Assembly (NCBI GenBank): GCA_903908165.1
Contig: CAIVQX010000173.1
Coordinates: 8,528-72,527, forward strand
Direction: 5' to 3'
From: an uncultured Methylococcaceae bacterium
Lineage (GTDB): Bacteria; Pseudomonadota; Gammaproteobacteria; Methylococcales; Methylomonadaceae
Length of the DNA: 64,000 bases
Shown: piece by piece, positions 9,482 to 19,691 of the stretch
Layout: the number at the start of each line of letters is the position of its first letter
Position numbering within the stretch: the stretch's first letter is position 1
The notes under the pieces: model-generated
The model's database searches: none
What the model saw: only the letters and a program-made list of their open reading frames with translations
What the model was told of the DNA's origin: nothing
Translations under genes and position numbers: made by a program

Positions 9482-12255
9482 ATAGAGTATTAGAACCTGA
9501 ATTAATGGACGATGTAATACAGGTAAAAGCCTATGCAGAAGGTGATTTTGAAATACCCCATAATGATTTTATAAGGCAATTAAAATACTCCATTAAGAAC
9601 CCAACCTTTACTGGGACTGCTTTGGATTTAGGCTGTGGACATGGAGATATAAGCATTCGCTTTGCCAAAGCATTTGAATTAAGTACTGTTCATGCACTTG
9701 ATGGATCAGAAGCTATGCTTAATTATGCAAAATCCAGTTTACCCAAAAATCTGTCAAATCGTATATCCTATATTAAAGGGCTTTTACCTGATGTAATATT
9801 ACCGCAATCAAGTTATGAAATAATTTTTAGCAATAGTTTGTTACATCATCTACCTGATCCGCAGATACTTTGGCAGACTATAAAAAAATATTCAAAACCT
9901 GGCACCCAAATAATCATAATGGATTTAGTGCGTCCTAATTCCATTGAAGTTGCACAAGACATGGTTAAAACCTATGCCGCCAATGAACCAGAAATTCTTC
10001 AAAGAGATTTTTATAATTCTTTGTTAGCGGCTTTCAGCATAAAAGAAATTACTACACAATTAGCAAAAGCTGGTTTAAATTTGCACATAGTACAAACAAG
10101 CGATCGACATGTTTTGATTACAGGCGTCATACCTGACCGTTTAAGGACAAAAATGAATACCATCAAACCCGCTGAAATAGTTAAAACAATAAACCTCGAA
10201 AACCCTGAGCTATACATTAATCGAGATCTGAGCATACTAGAATTCAATAAACGGGTACTTGCTCAGGCAAAAAATGAAGCTGTTCCTTTGCTGGAAAGGC
10301 TTAACTACTTATGCATCTCATGTTCAAATCTGGATGAATTTTTCGAAGTTCGGGTTGCCAGTGTCCTAGAAATGGTTTCCATTGACCCCAAAGCCATTGG
10401 CCCAGACGGCTTAACACCAAAAGAACAATTAGAACAAATTTCCATTCACGCTCATAAACTGGTAGATGAGCAATATCAAGTGCTTAATGAAATCTTAATT
10501 CCAAGATTCAATGAGGAAAATATTCGCTTTATTCGCCGTAACCAATGGAGCCCATTGCAACAAAAATGGCTCGCTAATTATTTCAATGATGAATTACTGC
10601 CTATTTTATCCCCTGTTGGTTTAGATTCTGCTCACCCTTTTCCACGTATACTTAATAAGAGTTTAAACTTTATTATATCCTTAACCGGAAAAGATGCTTT
10701 TGGGCGAAAAAGTGGTCGCGCTATTTTACAAGCTCCTAGAGCATTACCTCGCGTTATTCAATTACCAGTTGATGAAACCGAAAGCGGCCCGAACGATTTC
10801 GTATTTTTATCTTCTATTATTCATGCATTTGTTAGTGAGTTATTCCATGGCATGACAGTTAAAGGCTGCCATCAATTTAGAGTTACACGAAACAGTGATT
10901 TTTTTGTAGACGACGATGCCATTGACGATTTACTACTTGCTGTTCAAGGCGAATTAGCGATGCGTAACTATGGGGATGGTGTTCGTCTAGAAATAGATGC
11001 TGCCTGTCCGGATGATACCGTGAACTTTTTACTGGACCGCTTCGAACTGGGCCGAGATCGATTATTTTTAGTGGATGGCCCAGTCAATCTAAACAGAGTA
11101 CAAGAAATTATTAACCTGGTTGACAGACCTGACCTTAAATTTCCACCTTTTAAACCGAGCACTCCCCCACAACTGGGACGTAATAAAGATATTTTTGCAG
11201 CCATAAAGCGTCATGATATTTTACTGCACCACCCTTTTGAATCGTTCTCACCAGTCGTCGAATTTTTACGACAGGCTGCCGCTTCACCAGAAGTGCTTGC
11301 TATTAAACAAACACTTTACCGTGCTGGTACGGATTCTCCTATTGTTGCCGCCTTAATCAGGGCAGCACGAGCAGGCAAAGAAGTTACTGTAGTTATAGAG
11401 TTAAGGGCGCGTTTTGATGAAAAAGCTAATATCGACTTAGCTGCCAAACTACAAGAAGCTGCTGTTCATGTTGTTTATGGCGTCGTAGGTTATAAAACAC
11501 ATGCCAAAATGTGCTTGGTATTGCGTAGAGAGGGCAAAGAATTACTCAATTATGTTCATTTAGGAACCGGTAATTATCATCCCAAAACAGCTCAACTCTA
11601 TACCGATTATGGTTTGTTTTCTTGTAATAAAGAATTGGGGGAAGATGTCAGACGTGTTTTTACCCAACTCACTAGCTTAGGCAAAGTGACCAAGTTAAAT
11701 AAATTACTACAATCACCATTCACTTTACATAGAGGAATACTCGAAAAAATTGAACGAGAAATAACTCACGCCAAAAACGGCAAACCAGCCAAAATCATTA
11801 TTCAAGTTAATGCCATTGTTGAAGAGCAAGCCATACAAGCCTTATACAGAGCATCCCAAGCAGGTGTTGAAGTTAAACTTATTGTTCGTGGCATTTGCTG
11901 CCTAAGACCGGGTATACCTGGCGTATCTGAAAACATTGAAGTTCGTGCCATCATCGGACGCTTTCTAGAACATGCACGAATCTATGCCTTTGCTAATGAT
12001 GGTAATCAGGAAGTTTATGCCTCCAGTGCGGATTTGATGAACCGCAATATGTTCAGACGTGTAGAAATTTGTTTCCCTATTGAAAGTAAACGTCTCTATA
12101 ACCGTATATTACATGACCTTGATTTTTATTTAAAAGATAATACCCAAGCTTGGCTGTTACAACCTGATGGCCGTTATGTACAATTATTAAACACGACTAA
12201 TGATGAGCCGATACAAGCCCAATCTTTACTTTTAACTGAACTACAAATGTCCTAA
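9478..12255 (+). CDS. ppk1: Class I SAM methyltransferase (aa 1-~220) fused in frame to polyphosphate kinase 1 (from Met226, nt 10153)
   Basis: N-terminal part has LDLGCGHGD and SNSLLHHLPDP. C-terminal 700 aa have NRDLSILEFN, LDEFFEVRVA, LHHPFESF, IKQTLYR, HAKM, GTGNY, FLEHAR. Confidence 0.93.
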   Translation: MNRVLEPELMDDVIQVKAYAEGDFEIPHNDFIRQLKYSIKNPTFTGTALDLGCGHGDISIRFAKAFELSTVHALDGSEAMLNYAKSSLPKNLSNRISYIKGLLPDVILPQSSYEIIFSNSLLHHLPDPQILWQTIKKYSKPGTQIIIMDLVRPNSIEVAQDMVKTYAANEPEILQRDFYNSLLAAFSIKEITTQLAKAGLNLHIVQTSDRHVLITGVIPDRLRTKMNTIKPAEIVKTINLENPELYINRDLSILEFNKRVLAQAKNEAVPLLERLNYLCISCSNLDEFFEVRVASVLEMVSIDPKAIGPDGLTPKEQLEQISIHAHKLVDEQYQVLNEILIPRFNEENIRFIRRNQWSPLQQKWLANYFNDELLPILSPVGLDSAHPFPRILNKSLNFIISLTGKDAFGRKSGRAILQAPRALPRVIQLPVDETESGPNDFVFLSSIIHAFVSELFHGMTVKGCHQFRVTRNSDFFVDDDAIDDLLLAVQGELAMRNYGDGVRLEIDAACPDDTVNFLLDRFELGRDRLFLVDGPVNLNRVQEIINLVDRPDLKFPPFKPSTPPQLGRNKDIFAAIKRHDILLHHPFESFSPVVEFLRQAAASPEVLAIKQTLYRAGTDSPIVAALIRAARAGKEVTVVIELRARFDEKANIDLAAKLQEAAVHVVYGVVGYKTHAKMCLVLRREGKELLNYVHLGTGNYHPKTAQLYTDYGLFSCNKELGEDVRRVFTQLTSLGKVTKLNKLLQSPFTLHRGILEKIEREITHAKNGKPAKIIIQVNAIVEEQAIQALYRASQAGVEVKLIVRGICCLRPGIPGVSENIEVRAIIGRFLEHARIYAFANDGNQEVYASSADLMNRNMFRRVEICFPIESKRLYNRILHDLDFYLKDNTQAWLLQPDGRYVQLLNTTNDEPIQAQSLLLTELQMS

Positions 12256-12782
12256 TGTCACCCATCGCCGAAATTTCACAATTAGGTTCTAAGGTACTGC
12301 GTCTAAAAGCCGACGTGGTAGTTGATATACAAAGTCTAGAAATACAAGAACTGATTAACACTTTACAAAACACATTGGCTTCAACTCAGGGTGTTGGCAT
12401 TGCTGCGCCTCAAATTAATGAATCAAAACGGATCATTATTGTTGCTTCACGACCTTCCGAACGATACCCACATGCGCCAACGATGGAACCAACAGTAATG
12501 ATTAACCCATCATTTCAAGCTTTATCAGAAACCATAGAAAAAGATTGGGAAGGCTGTTTAAGCATCCCCGGCATCCGTGCATTAGTTCCACGTCATAAAA
12601 AAATTCAAATTAACTATACCGATAGAACAGGCAACATAGTTAACACCCAACTAGAAGGTTTTATAGCACGTGTATTTCAACATGAGTTTGATCATCTCGA
12701 AGGTAAGGTTTATTTAGATAGAGTTGAGAACAACCAAGATATTTTTTCTGAAAGCGAATATTTCAAAATGTTACGTTTGTAA
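12255..12782 (+). CDS. def: Peptide deformylase
   Basis: GVGIAAPQI, EGCLS, QHEFDHLEG; start overlaps the ppk1 stop (TAATG). Confidence 0.95.
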   Translation: MSPIAEISQLGSKVLRLKADVVVDIQSLEIQELINTLQNTLASTQGVGIAAPQINESKRIIIVASRPSERYPHAPTMEPTVMINPSFQALSETIEKDWEGCLSIPGIRALVPRHKKIQINYTDRTGNIVNTQLEGFIARVFQHEFDHLEGKVYLDRVENNQDIFSESEYFKMLRL

Positions 12783-12792
12783 AGCAAGCTCT

Positions 12793-13056
12793 ATGAATTG
12801 GTCTGTATATATTATTCTTTGTACTGACGATACATTATATACAGGCATTTCCATCGATGTTTACAAACGCTATCAGCAACACGCAAACGGAAAATGAGCA
12901 ATATATTTTCGTGGTCGCCAACCTAAGAAATTGATTTACCTAGAATCAGGACATAATCGAAGTAGCGCAACAAAACGTGAAATAAGTCTAAAAAAATTAA
13001 GTCGAGAAGATAAATTTAAAGTCATCACTTCGGACAACAATCATCTAACTTTTTAA
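12793..13056 (+). pseudogene. GIY-YIG nuclease family (UPF0213/YhbQ-like) protein with in-frame TGA at codon 35
   Basis: Manual translation: MNWSVYIILCTDDTLYTGISIDVYKRYQQHANGK*AIYFRGRQPKKLIYLESGHNRSSATKREISLKKLSREDK...; TGA at 12895-12897. Not in the ORF track. Confidence 0.85.
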
Positions 13057-13137
13057 ATAAATTGATCAAGCTTTTACAATGAAATCTATAAATAATTTAC
13101 AAAGCCCGTCTATAACCCTTTAATTGATTATCATAAA

Positions 13138-13890
13138 ATGAATAATTCTATTATCTACGCTCTCGATTTTGATGGGGTTATATGCGATAGCGCCATAGAA
13201 ACAGGAATAACCGGCTGGAAAGCAGCGTGTAGTATTTGGGTTGATATGCCAAAAGAGATTCCATCTGAAATGATTGATCAATTTCGGTTAATCAGGCCCA
13301 TCATAGAAACAGGCTATGAAGCTATATTAGCTATGCGCCTGCTCTATCTTAAAGAACCGATAGATACTATTTACTCAGATTACGCTCATAAAATAAACGC
13401 CTTATTAGAACAATCGAAGTTAACCACTAATGATCTTAAGAAATTGTTCGGACAAACAAGAGATGCTTGGATAGAAAATGATCTAGCCGACTGGATAAGC
13501 ATGAACCCCTTATTTTCTAACCTAGCAACAAAACTACAGGGACTGGAAAAGCGATGCTCTTGGTATATTGTTACCACTAAGCAAGAGCGCTTTGTCACAC
13601 AAATTCTACAAGCCAACTCAATTGAACTTTCCAGCGAAAAAATCTTTGGATTAGATCGCAATATGAACAAAATTGAAGTTTTAAAAGGACTAATGGAAGC
13701 TCATCCAAACGAAAAAATTTATTTTGTGGAAGACCGTTTCCCTACCCTACTGAACGTATTAAAAAATCCTGAACTTGCCAGTGTTAAACTTATTTTAGCT
13801 TTATGGGGCTACAATACATCACAAGACAAAACTCTTGCCTCTGAAAAACCCATCACCTTGCAAACCTTAGAAGATTTTCTTGAAGGATAA
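13138..13890 (+). CDS. HAD-superfamily hydrolase
   Basis: Motif I DFDGVICDS, VTTKQERF, motif IV FVEDR, WGYN. Confidence 0.8.
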   Translation: MNNSIIYALDFDGVICDSAIETGITGWKAACSIWVDMPKEIPSEMIDQFRLIRPIIETGYEAILAMRLLYLKEPIDTIYSDYAHKINALLEQSKLTTNDLKKLFGQTRDAWIENDLADWISMNPLFSNLATKLQGLEKRCSWYIVTTKQERFVTQILQANSIELSSEKIFGLDRNMNKIEVLKGLMEAHPNEKIYFVEDRFPTLLNVLKNPELASVKLILALWGYNTSQDKTLASEKPITLQTLEDFLEG

Positions 13891-13921
13891 ATTATCACTT
13901 ATATCTTTCTAGCAGCTTTCC

Positions 13922-13995
13922 AACACCCTTATCAGTCTATATTTATAACCTTTATTACAAGCCCTATTCGCTATTACAAGCTGAATAAGGGTGTT
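13922..13995. repeat. Inverted repeat enclosing two direct repeats in the HAD-dabA intergenic region
   Basis: AACACCCTTAT(CAG) 13922-13935 pairs with (CTGA)ATAAGGGTGTT 13981-13995. TATTACAAGC occurs at 13953-13962 and 13972-13981. Confidence 0.6.
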
Positions 13996-14289
13996 TTAAA
14001 CCATATTTATGGGTTTATTTCAACAACATCTAAACATATATTCAAATTTTAAATTTGTATAGCTGTAAATAGATACTACCAAATAATTTGGTCAATCATA
14101 ATCAAAACTAATTTATATCTATTTATTAATACGTTATCAAAAATGACAATCTATCGAAAAGAATTTATCGTTAAAAGCAGTATTCTGGCTCACTTTATGC
14201 ATAAAAATACACTATAACCCTACTCTAAATGAACATTTTTGATAAGTAACTTACTTTTTTAATATCTATTCCAAAAATGAAAAAATAAC

Positions 14290-16896
14290 ATGGATTATCG
14301 CGATATTATCAAACCCACCTCTAAATATTCTATCGATATGGTAAAAAATCACTCATTTAACCTAGATAGCAGTCTTGAACATATAGCACATTGGCTTCCT
14401 AGCCAAGGTCCGATTAAAGATTTTATTCACCACAATACACTGCATGCCGTTCAGGAACATCCATTTCATGAAGGTATTGCTATTGCAGCTAAGATATTTG
14501 GGGCACGTAGCTATTTGCCCTTGGAAGACTATCAAAAAATGTATCAACAAGGTCGAATCAGGCAAAGTGCTATTGATTGGGCAATCGAACATTCCGGAGT
14601 TAATCAACTAGAACAAGACAAACTCCGAGAAACTTTTTTCGTGCAAAATACTAGCAGCCACTACCCCCCACCTTCACTAGTCCATCAAGGTATTCGTAAT
14701 ACATGGCTGACTCAAATTGAAGTTGATCTTAATTCAATGGCTCACCCAATTTTATTTCGTTTACTAAGTAATTTTCTTGACCAAGGCATTAGTTCATGGG
14801 TTTTACCTAAAGACAATGAATGCTTCTGGGACTGTATTTTACGTATTTCAAACAATAGCTTCTTACCTCTATATCCATTAAACGAGCCATTAGTGCATGC
14901 TCTATTATCAGAGACCTCAGATCATGTCATTAAAGTATGTTTAGAAAAAATAGTAGGTGACGAGACTCTTTATGAACAATATTTACTGGAGTTAGTGTTA
15001 GCGCATCCTGGCTGGAGCGGTATGGTAAAGATTATCGAAAGCAATCCACAATCTCTACTCGCACACCGCCAAATTTCACTCAAACAAATGATTGCTGTGG
15101 AACTTGCTATTGAGTTAGCTTTTCTACTCAAGAAAAAAGGTCATCATTTTACTAATATTGCATCAATACCTTATAAAAAGGGTACACCCCTATTTAAGGA
15201 TAACAAAAAACCAATTATTCCATTACATCTGAAAACATGGCATGAAGCCATGGAATGGTCACTGCATACAGAATTATTATTTGCCTTAAAACCTAAAAAC
15301 GGACAAAAATCCCCGACAACTAATAGAATAATTCCTGAAGCACAAGCACTATTTTGTATTGACGACAGAGAATGTTCATTAAGACGTCATTTGGAAGAAA
15401 TTAACCCTGCTATAGAAACATTTGGAGCTGCCGGTTTCTTTGGCATCGATTTTTTATATCAAGGGTTGGATGACGCTTATCCCGTTGCACAATGCCCAAA
15501 CATCATTACACCTAAAAATTTAATAAAAGAATCGAGTAGTACTACCAACACATCAAAAGATAAAGCTAAACCGAGCACATTGACTCACATGCATTTCACA
15601 TCGCACTCAATGCTTCGCGGTTGGCTTTATACCCAAACCTTAGGTATAGGTTACGCCATTAAAATGGCATGGGATGTCTTTCGACCAGGCTCGAAGTTAC
15701 TGAATATAAAACTTCTAAGTGAAGTAAAACCCCATTCCCAATTACATCTTCTTAGAGACTCAGAAGAACTTAGTGAAGATGGCTATTTATTAGGATTTTC
15801 CTTTATAGAAATGGCAGATCGCTTGACTGGCTTACTCCGCAATATAGGTTTAACTCAGGATTTTGCACCATTAGTTGTTGTAGTGGCGCATGGCTCCAGT
15901 AGCGTAAATAACCCTCACTTCGCTGCTTACGATTGTGGGGCATGTTCTGGAAAACCGGGCGCTCCGAATGCCCGTGCTTTTGCTTGGATGGCTAATCATG
16001 AATCAGTCCGGACTATACTCCGAGAACGTGGCATTGACATTCCAGACAGTACTCGTTTTATAGCCGCGCTTCACAATACCAGTAAGGACGAAATCACTTA
16101 TTTTGACTCACACTTACTAGAACTACACCCCATTGCTGGTTTACACGCTTTTCAACAAACAATGAGCAAAGCACTCCATCGCAACGCAAGAGAACGTTGT
16201 CGTTGGTTCGAACTTGCTCCACAATCTCAATCAAATGATATAGCGCATAAACATGTCATAAAACGTGCCTCATCAATATTCGAACCGCGCCCAGAATATA
16301 ATCACTCCAATAACCTTTACTGCATCGTTGGCAGAAGAAAGTTAACAAGAGATCTATTTCTTGACCGCCGTGCCTTCCTCCATTCATACGATCCCCAAAC
16401 AGATAAACTAGGCGAGATTATGGTGCGTATTTTATCTGCCGTTATTCCTGTCTGTGGAGGCATTAATCTGGAGTATTTATTTTCGCGTATTGACAATTCA
16501 GTTTATGGGGCCGGCACCAAGCTCCCGCACAACGTAATCGGTTTATTGGGGGTGGCTAACGGAGTTGACGGTGATCTTCGAACAGGTTTACCTTCACAGA
16601 TGATCGAAGTACACCAACCCGCTCGCTTACTTATCGTCGCAGAACAAACCACTGACATTTTAGATAAAACGATTGCTAATCTAGGACCACTGAAAGAATG
16701 GTTAGATAATGAATGGGTAAGATTTGTTTCATGCCATCCTTTGAGTCATCAACTTTCCCTATATTCAGCATCTGGATGGGAGGTCATTGAAAACCTAGAT
16801 GAATATACAACACCCCAAGCTACTCATTCAGAGCAGATACTTGTCGGACAAAAAGAAACTATTCCAGTACATCACCTAATAAGGGAGCAAGCATGA
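14290..16896 (+). CDS. dabA: DUF2309/UPF0753 inorganic carbon pump subunit DabA (beta-carbonic-anhydrase-like)
   Basis: PSQGPIKDFIHHNTLHA; Zn ligands in FCID, AHGS and DCGAC; GGINLEYLFS, GDLRTGLP. Confidence 0.9.
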   Translation: MDYRDIIKPTSKYSIDMVKNHSFNLDSSLEHIAHWLPSQGPIKDFIHHNTLHAVQEHPFHEGIAIAAKIFGARSYLPLEDYQKMYQQGRIRQSAIDWAIEHSGVNQLEQDKLRETFFVQNTSSHYPPPSLVHQGIRNTWLTQIEVDLNSMAHPILFRLLSNFLDQGISSWVLPKDNECFWDCILRISNNSFLPLYPLNEPLVHALLSETSDHVIKVCLEKIVGDETLYEQYLLELVLAHPGWSGMVKIIESNPQSLLAHRQISLKQMIAVELAIELAFLLKKKGHHFTNIASIPYKKGTPLFKDNKKPIIPLHLKTWHEAMEWSLHTELLFALKPKNGQKSPTTNRIIPEAQALFCIDDRECSLRRHLEEINPAIETFGAAGFFGIDFLYQGLDDAYPVAQCPNIITPKNLIKESSSTTNTSKDKAKPSTLTHMHFTSHSMLRGWLYTQTLGIGYAIKMAWDVFRPGSKLLNIKLLSEVKPHSQLHLLRDSEELSEDGYLLGFSFIEMADRLTGLLRNIGLTQDFAPLVVVVAHGSSSVNNPHFAAYDCGACSGKPGAPNARAFAWMANHESVRTILRERGIDIPDSTRFIAALHNTSKDEITYFDSHLLELHPIAGLHAFQQTMSKALHRNARERCRWFELAPQSQSNDIAHKHVIKRASSIFEPRPEYNHSNNLYCIVGRRKLTRDLFLDRRAFLHSYDPQTDKLGEIMVRILSAVIPVCGGINLEYLFSRIDNSVYGAGTKLPHNVIGLLGVANGVDGDLRTGLPSQMIEVHQPARLLIVAEQTTDILDKTIANLGPLKEWLDNEWVRFVSCHPLSHQLSLYSASGWEVIENLDEYTTPQATHSEQILVGQKETIPVHHLIREQA

Positions 16897-18776
16897 ACGG
16901 ATTAATATTAGCCAGTCAGTTCATTCCATTACTGGGCTTTCTATTAATTTTCTTATCAGATAGAAATGAAAAAAAAATTGCTGCAATCAGCTACTGGTGT
17001 AGCCATACGCTAGGCCTATGTATTGGCGGATTGTTTATCCTATGGGGTATTAACGGTTTTACCAGTTATGAATATGAATGGTTTACTTTATATGAAAGTG
17101 GTGATTATAGCTTCCCAATTCTATTTTACTTTGATCGTGTAAGTGCTATTTACTTGTTTTGCGTTTGGGCAATCTTTTCCATTATTCTCAAATATTGCCG
17201 AGTTTATCTGCACCGAGAAACTGGATATAAGCGTTTTTTTCTAACTATATTCAGTTTTTTATTTGGACTTGTTCTCATTATTTTATCTGGTTCTATCGAC
17301 ATGCTATTTGCTGGCTGGGAAATTGCCGGCATCTCTTCTTTTTTGTTGATAGCCTTCTATCGACATCGAATACAACCAGTACGTAATGCTTTAAGAGCTT
17401 ATACCATCTACCGGTTTTGTGATATCGGCTTGCTGCTAGGCGCTTGGATGAGTCATTTGATGTTTCACGAAAGTCAGCACTTTAGCCAATTAGCTGTTTT
17501 ATTCAATAACTCATCCCTTACAACGCTTAGTTATCCTTCATTACTACTAATATCCATATTAATTCTAATTGCCGCTTCCGGTAAATCAGCACAATTTCCT
17601 TTTTGTTTCTGGCTGCCAAGAGCAATGGAAGGCCCTACCCCTTCAAGTGCTATCTTTTATGGCGCTTTATCTGTACATTTAGGTGTGTTTTTGCTTTTAA
17701 GAACATCTCCCATCTGGTCTTATACTTATTTGACCCGATCTATTGTATTTACCGTCGGCTTATTAACCGTTATCGTGGCCAGTATTTCGGAAAAAACACA
17801 GTCGAACATTAAAGGGAAAGTTGCTTATGGCTCAATTACCCAGGTAGGTTTTATGTTTATGGAATTGGCGCTTGGCCTTGAGTCGCTGGTGCTTGTTCAT
17901 TTTCTGGGGAACGCATTTTTACGCTGCTATCAACTTCTGGTTTCACCGTCTATAGTCGCGCATCTGCTACGAGTAGAAGGCTCAACTAATAACGATTTTT
18001 ATATACAAAATAGCTCAAGCTTACATTTTTTACCTAAATCGATCCGTAATACCTTACCTGAAGTATTACAAAACACACTTTATGTGTTTTCACTTCAAGA
18101 AGGTAATTTAGAACTAGTAGTTCGCTCGGTACTTTGGGTCCCATTAAAACGCATTGGCGCAATTATCAATAAAACTAATCCTTGGTTAAGCATACTTTAT
18201 ATCTTGATAAGTTTTACAACGATTGGCTTTCTTCTTAATTTATCTGGAGCATCTACTAAGTATGTAGCTATACCTGTATCAATTTTGATGGTACTCACCT
18301 CATTAAGTGCCTTTAGCCAAAAGCATAGTCCTTTTAAGGTTTGGAATAGCATCGGTCTTAGCACTATTCTAGCCGGTGTGGCTATCTGCTTTTTAAACCC
18401 TGATACTTTCTTTGATGTATTAATCTTTGCTAGCGGCATTATCCCTGCCTGGTTGCTAGGTATTATTGCCTTAACAAAGTTACTGAAAAATGATAGCTTC
18501 GCCGACTCACCATTCACCTATCGAGGGATGTCGGAAACCCAACCCAAATTTTCATTACTTTTATTTTTAAGCTTTTTGGGATTGGTTGGATTTCCTATAT
18601 CACCAGCTTTCCTCGGTGAGGATTTATTGCTATCCCATGCCAGTAGTCATGACCCTTGGTTTGCTCTACCTATTACTATTGCTTTCGTCATTAATGGTAT
18701 CTCAGCAGCGCGCATATTCCAAAGACTTTGTATGGGTAGACCAACTGAGCTTAATAACCTAAAAGAAGGGACTTGA
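16893..18776 (+). CDS. dabB: NuoL/MrpA-like proton-conducting membrane subunit DabB
   Basis: GWEIAGISSFLLI, YRFCDIGL, KSAQFPF...WLPRAMEGPTPSSA; 4-nt overlap with dabA; no other nuo/mrp genes nearby. Confidence 0.85.
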   Translation: MNGLILASQFIPLLGFLLIFLSDRNEKKIAAISYWCSHTLGLCIGGLFILWGINGFTSYEYEWFTLYESGDYSFPILFYFDRVSAIYLFCVWAIFSIILKYCRVYLHRETGYKRFFLTIFSFLFGLVLIILSGSIDMLFAGWEIAGISSFLLIAFYRHRIQPVRNALRAYTIYRFCDIGLLLGAWMSHLMFHESQHFSQLAVLFNNSSLTTLSYPSLLLISILILIAASGKSAQFPFCFWLPRAMEGPTPSSAIFYGALSVHLGVFLLLRTSPIWSYTYLTRSIVFTVGLLTVIVASISEKTQSNIKGKVAYGSITQVGFMFMELALGLESLVLVHFLGNAFLRCYQLLVSPSIVAHLLRVEGSTNNDFYIQNSSSLHFLPKSIRNTLPEVLQNTLYVFSLQEGNLELVVRSVLWVPLKRIGAIINKTNPWLSILYILISFTTIGFLLNLSGASTKYVAIPVSILMVLTSLSAFSQKHSPFKVWNSIGLSTILAGVAICFLNPDTFFDVLIFASGIIPAWLLGIIALTKLLKNDSFADSPFTYRGMSETQPKFSLLLFLSFLGLVGFPISPAFLGEDLLLSHASSHDPWFALPITIAFVINGISAARIFQRLCMGRPTELNNLKEGT

Positions 18777-18808
18777 GACAAAAAATCTCTTTGCTATTAA
18801 AGATACTA

Positions 18809-19018
18809 CTATTCAGATAAAGCAAACCCAACCTTAATAGTAACTTGCCAATGCGCGATCTTACCATCAGTAATATGGCCTCGGGTTTCAACGACCTCAA
18901 ACCAACGCATATTAGCAATTGTCTCCGAAGCTTTACTGATGGCATTTTCAATAGCTTCCTGCATACCGACAGTTGATGAGCCGGTTAATTCTATTTTTTT
19001 ATAAGTATGTTCAATCAT
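18809..19018 (-). CDS. Dodecin (flavin-binding)
   Basis: [12 protein letters not shown]...AIENAI...[11 protein letters not shown]...[10 protein letters not shown], 69 aa. Confidence 0.92.
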   Translation of the reverse strand: MIEHTYKKIELTGSSTVGMQEAIENAISKASETIANMRWFEVVETRGHITDGKIAHWQVTIKVGFALSE

Positions 19019-19691
19019 GAAATTTCCTCTTGGTGTATAAAAAGTCTAGTTCCTGTAAACGTTCAGGCGTACCTATATCCATCCAGAACCCTGAAAAATA
19101 TTGGCCTGAAACACGTGTATTAACAATTGCTTCTCGTAATAAATGCCCTAATTTTCTACTCCCCGCAGGCATATCAATAAATAATCTGGGGTGATATAAA
19201 CCAATACCACTAAAAGTAAATTTCTTAGCACAATCTAGAGAAACTTTGTCTCTTTTGTCCAAACAGAAATCACCTAATGGATGATGCACAGGATTATCGA
19301 CCAAAACTATATGAGCCAGATCAACCGATATATTTTTTAGTTCGGCAAATGGAAAGTTTGTCGCGATATCACCATTAACAACTAAAAAAACCTCATTTCC
19401 CAATAAAGGTAATGCATTAATAATTCCACCGGCTGTTTCAAGGCCTTGGGTGCCTTCAGGTGAATAACCAATAGTTGCACCAAATTGATGTCCATTACCT
19501 AAATGATCTTCAATTAATTCGCCAAGATGCGCATGATTAATAATAATCTCATTAAAGCCAGCCAGAACCAGTTGAATGATGGTGTGCTCAATAATCGTTT
19601 TTCCCGCAACGGAAAGCAGTGGTTTAGGGATATGATCGGTTAAAGGTCGCATTCGTTCACCACGACCTGCCGCTAAAATCATGACTTTCAT
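19011..19691 (-). CDS. murU: N-acetylmuramate-alpha-1-phosphate uridylyltransferase MurU
   Basis: [38 protein letters not shown]; adjacent to amgK. Confidence 0.9.
   Translation of the reverse strand: MKVMILAAGRGERMRPLTDHIPKPLLSVAGKTIIEHTIIQLVLAGFNEIIINHAHLGELIEDHLGNGHQFGATIGYSPEGTQGLETAGGIINALPLLGNEVFLVVNGDIATNFPFAELKNISVDLAHIVLVDNPVHHPLGDFCLDKRDKVSLDCAKKFTFSGIGLYHPRLFIDMPAGSRKLGHLLREAIVNTRVSGQYFSGFWMDIGTPERLQELDFLYTKRKFHD

Noticed and set aside
12895-12897. In-frame TGA as selenocysteine or an alternative genetic code
   Set aside because: The aligned position is normally Gly rather than Cys, no SECIS-like hairpin was evident, and TGA terminates other genes in this window (e.g. pilC-region neighbours murU and dabB).
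13124-13137. FNR-like box TTGAT-TATC-ATAAA
   Set aside because: One mismatch, abuts the start codon, and such matches are expected in AT-rich DNA.
16893-18776. NADH dehydrogenase subunit L of complex I or Mrp antiporter subunit
   Set aside because: No other nuo or mrp genes are adjacent and it overlaps a DUF2309 gene, which fits DabB.
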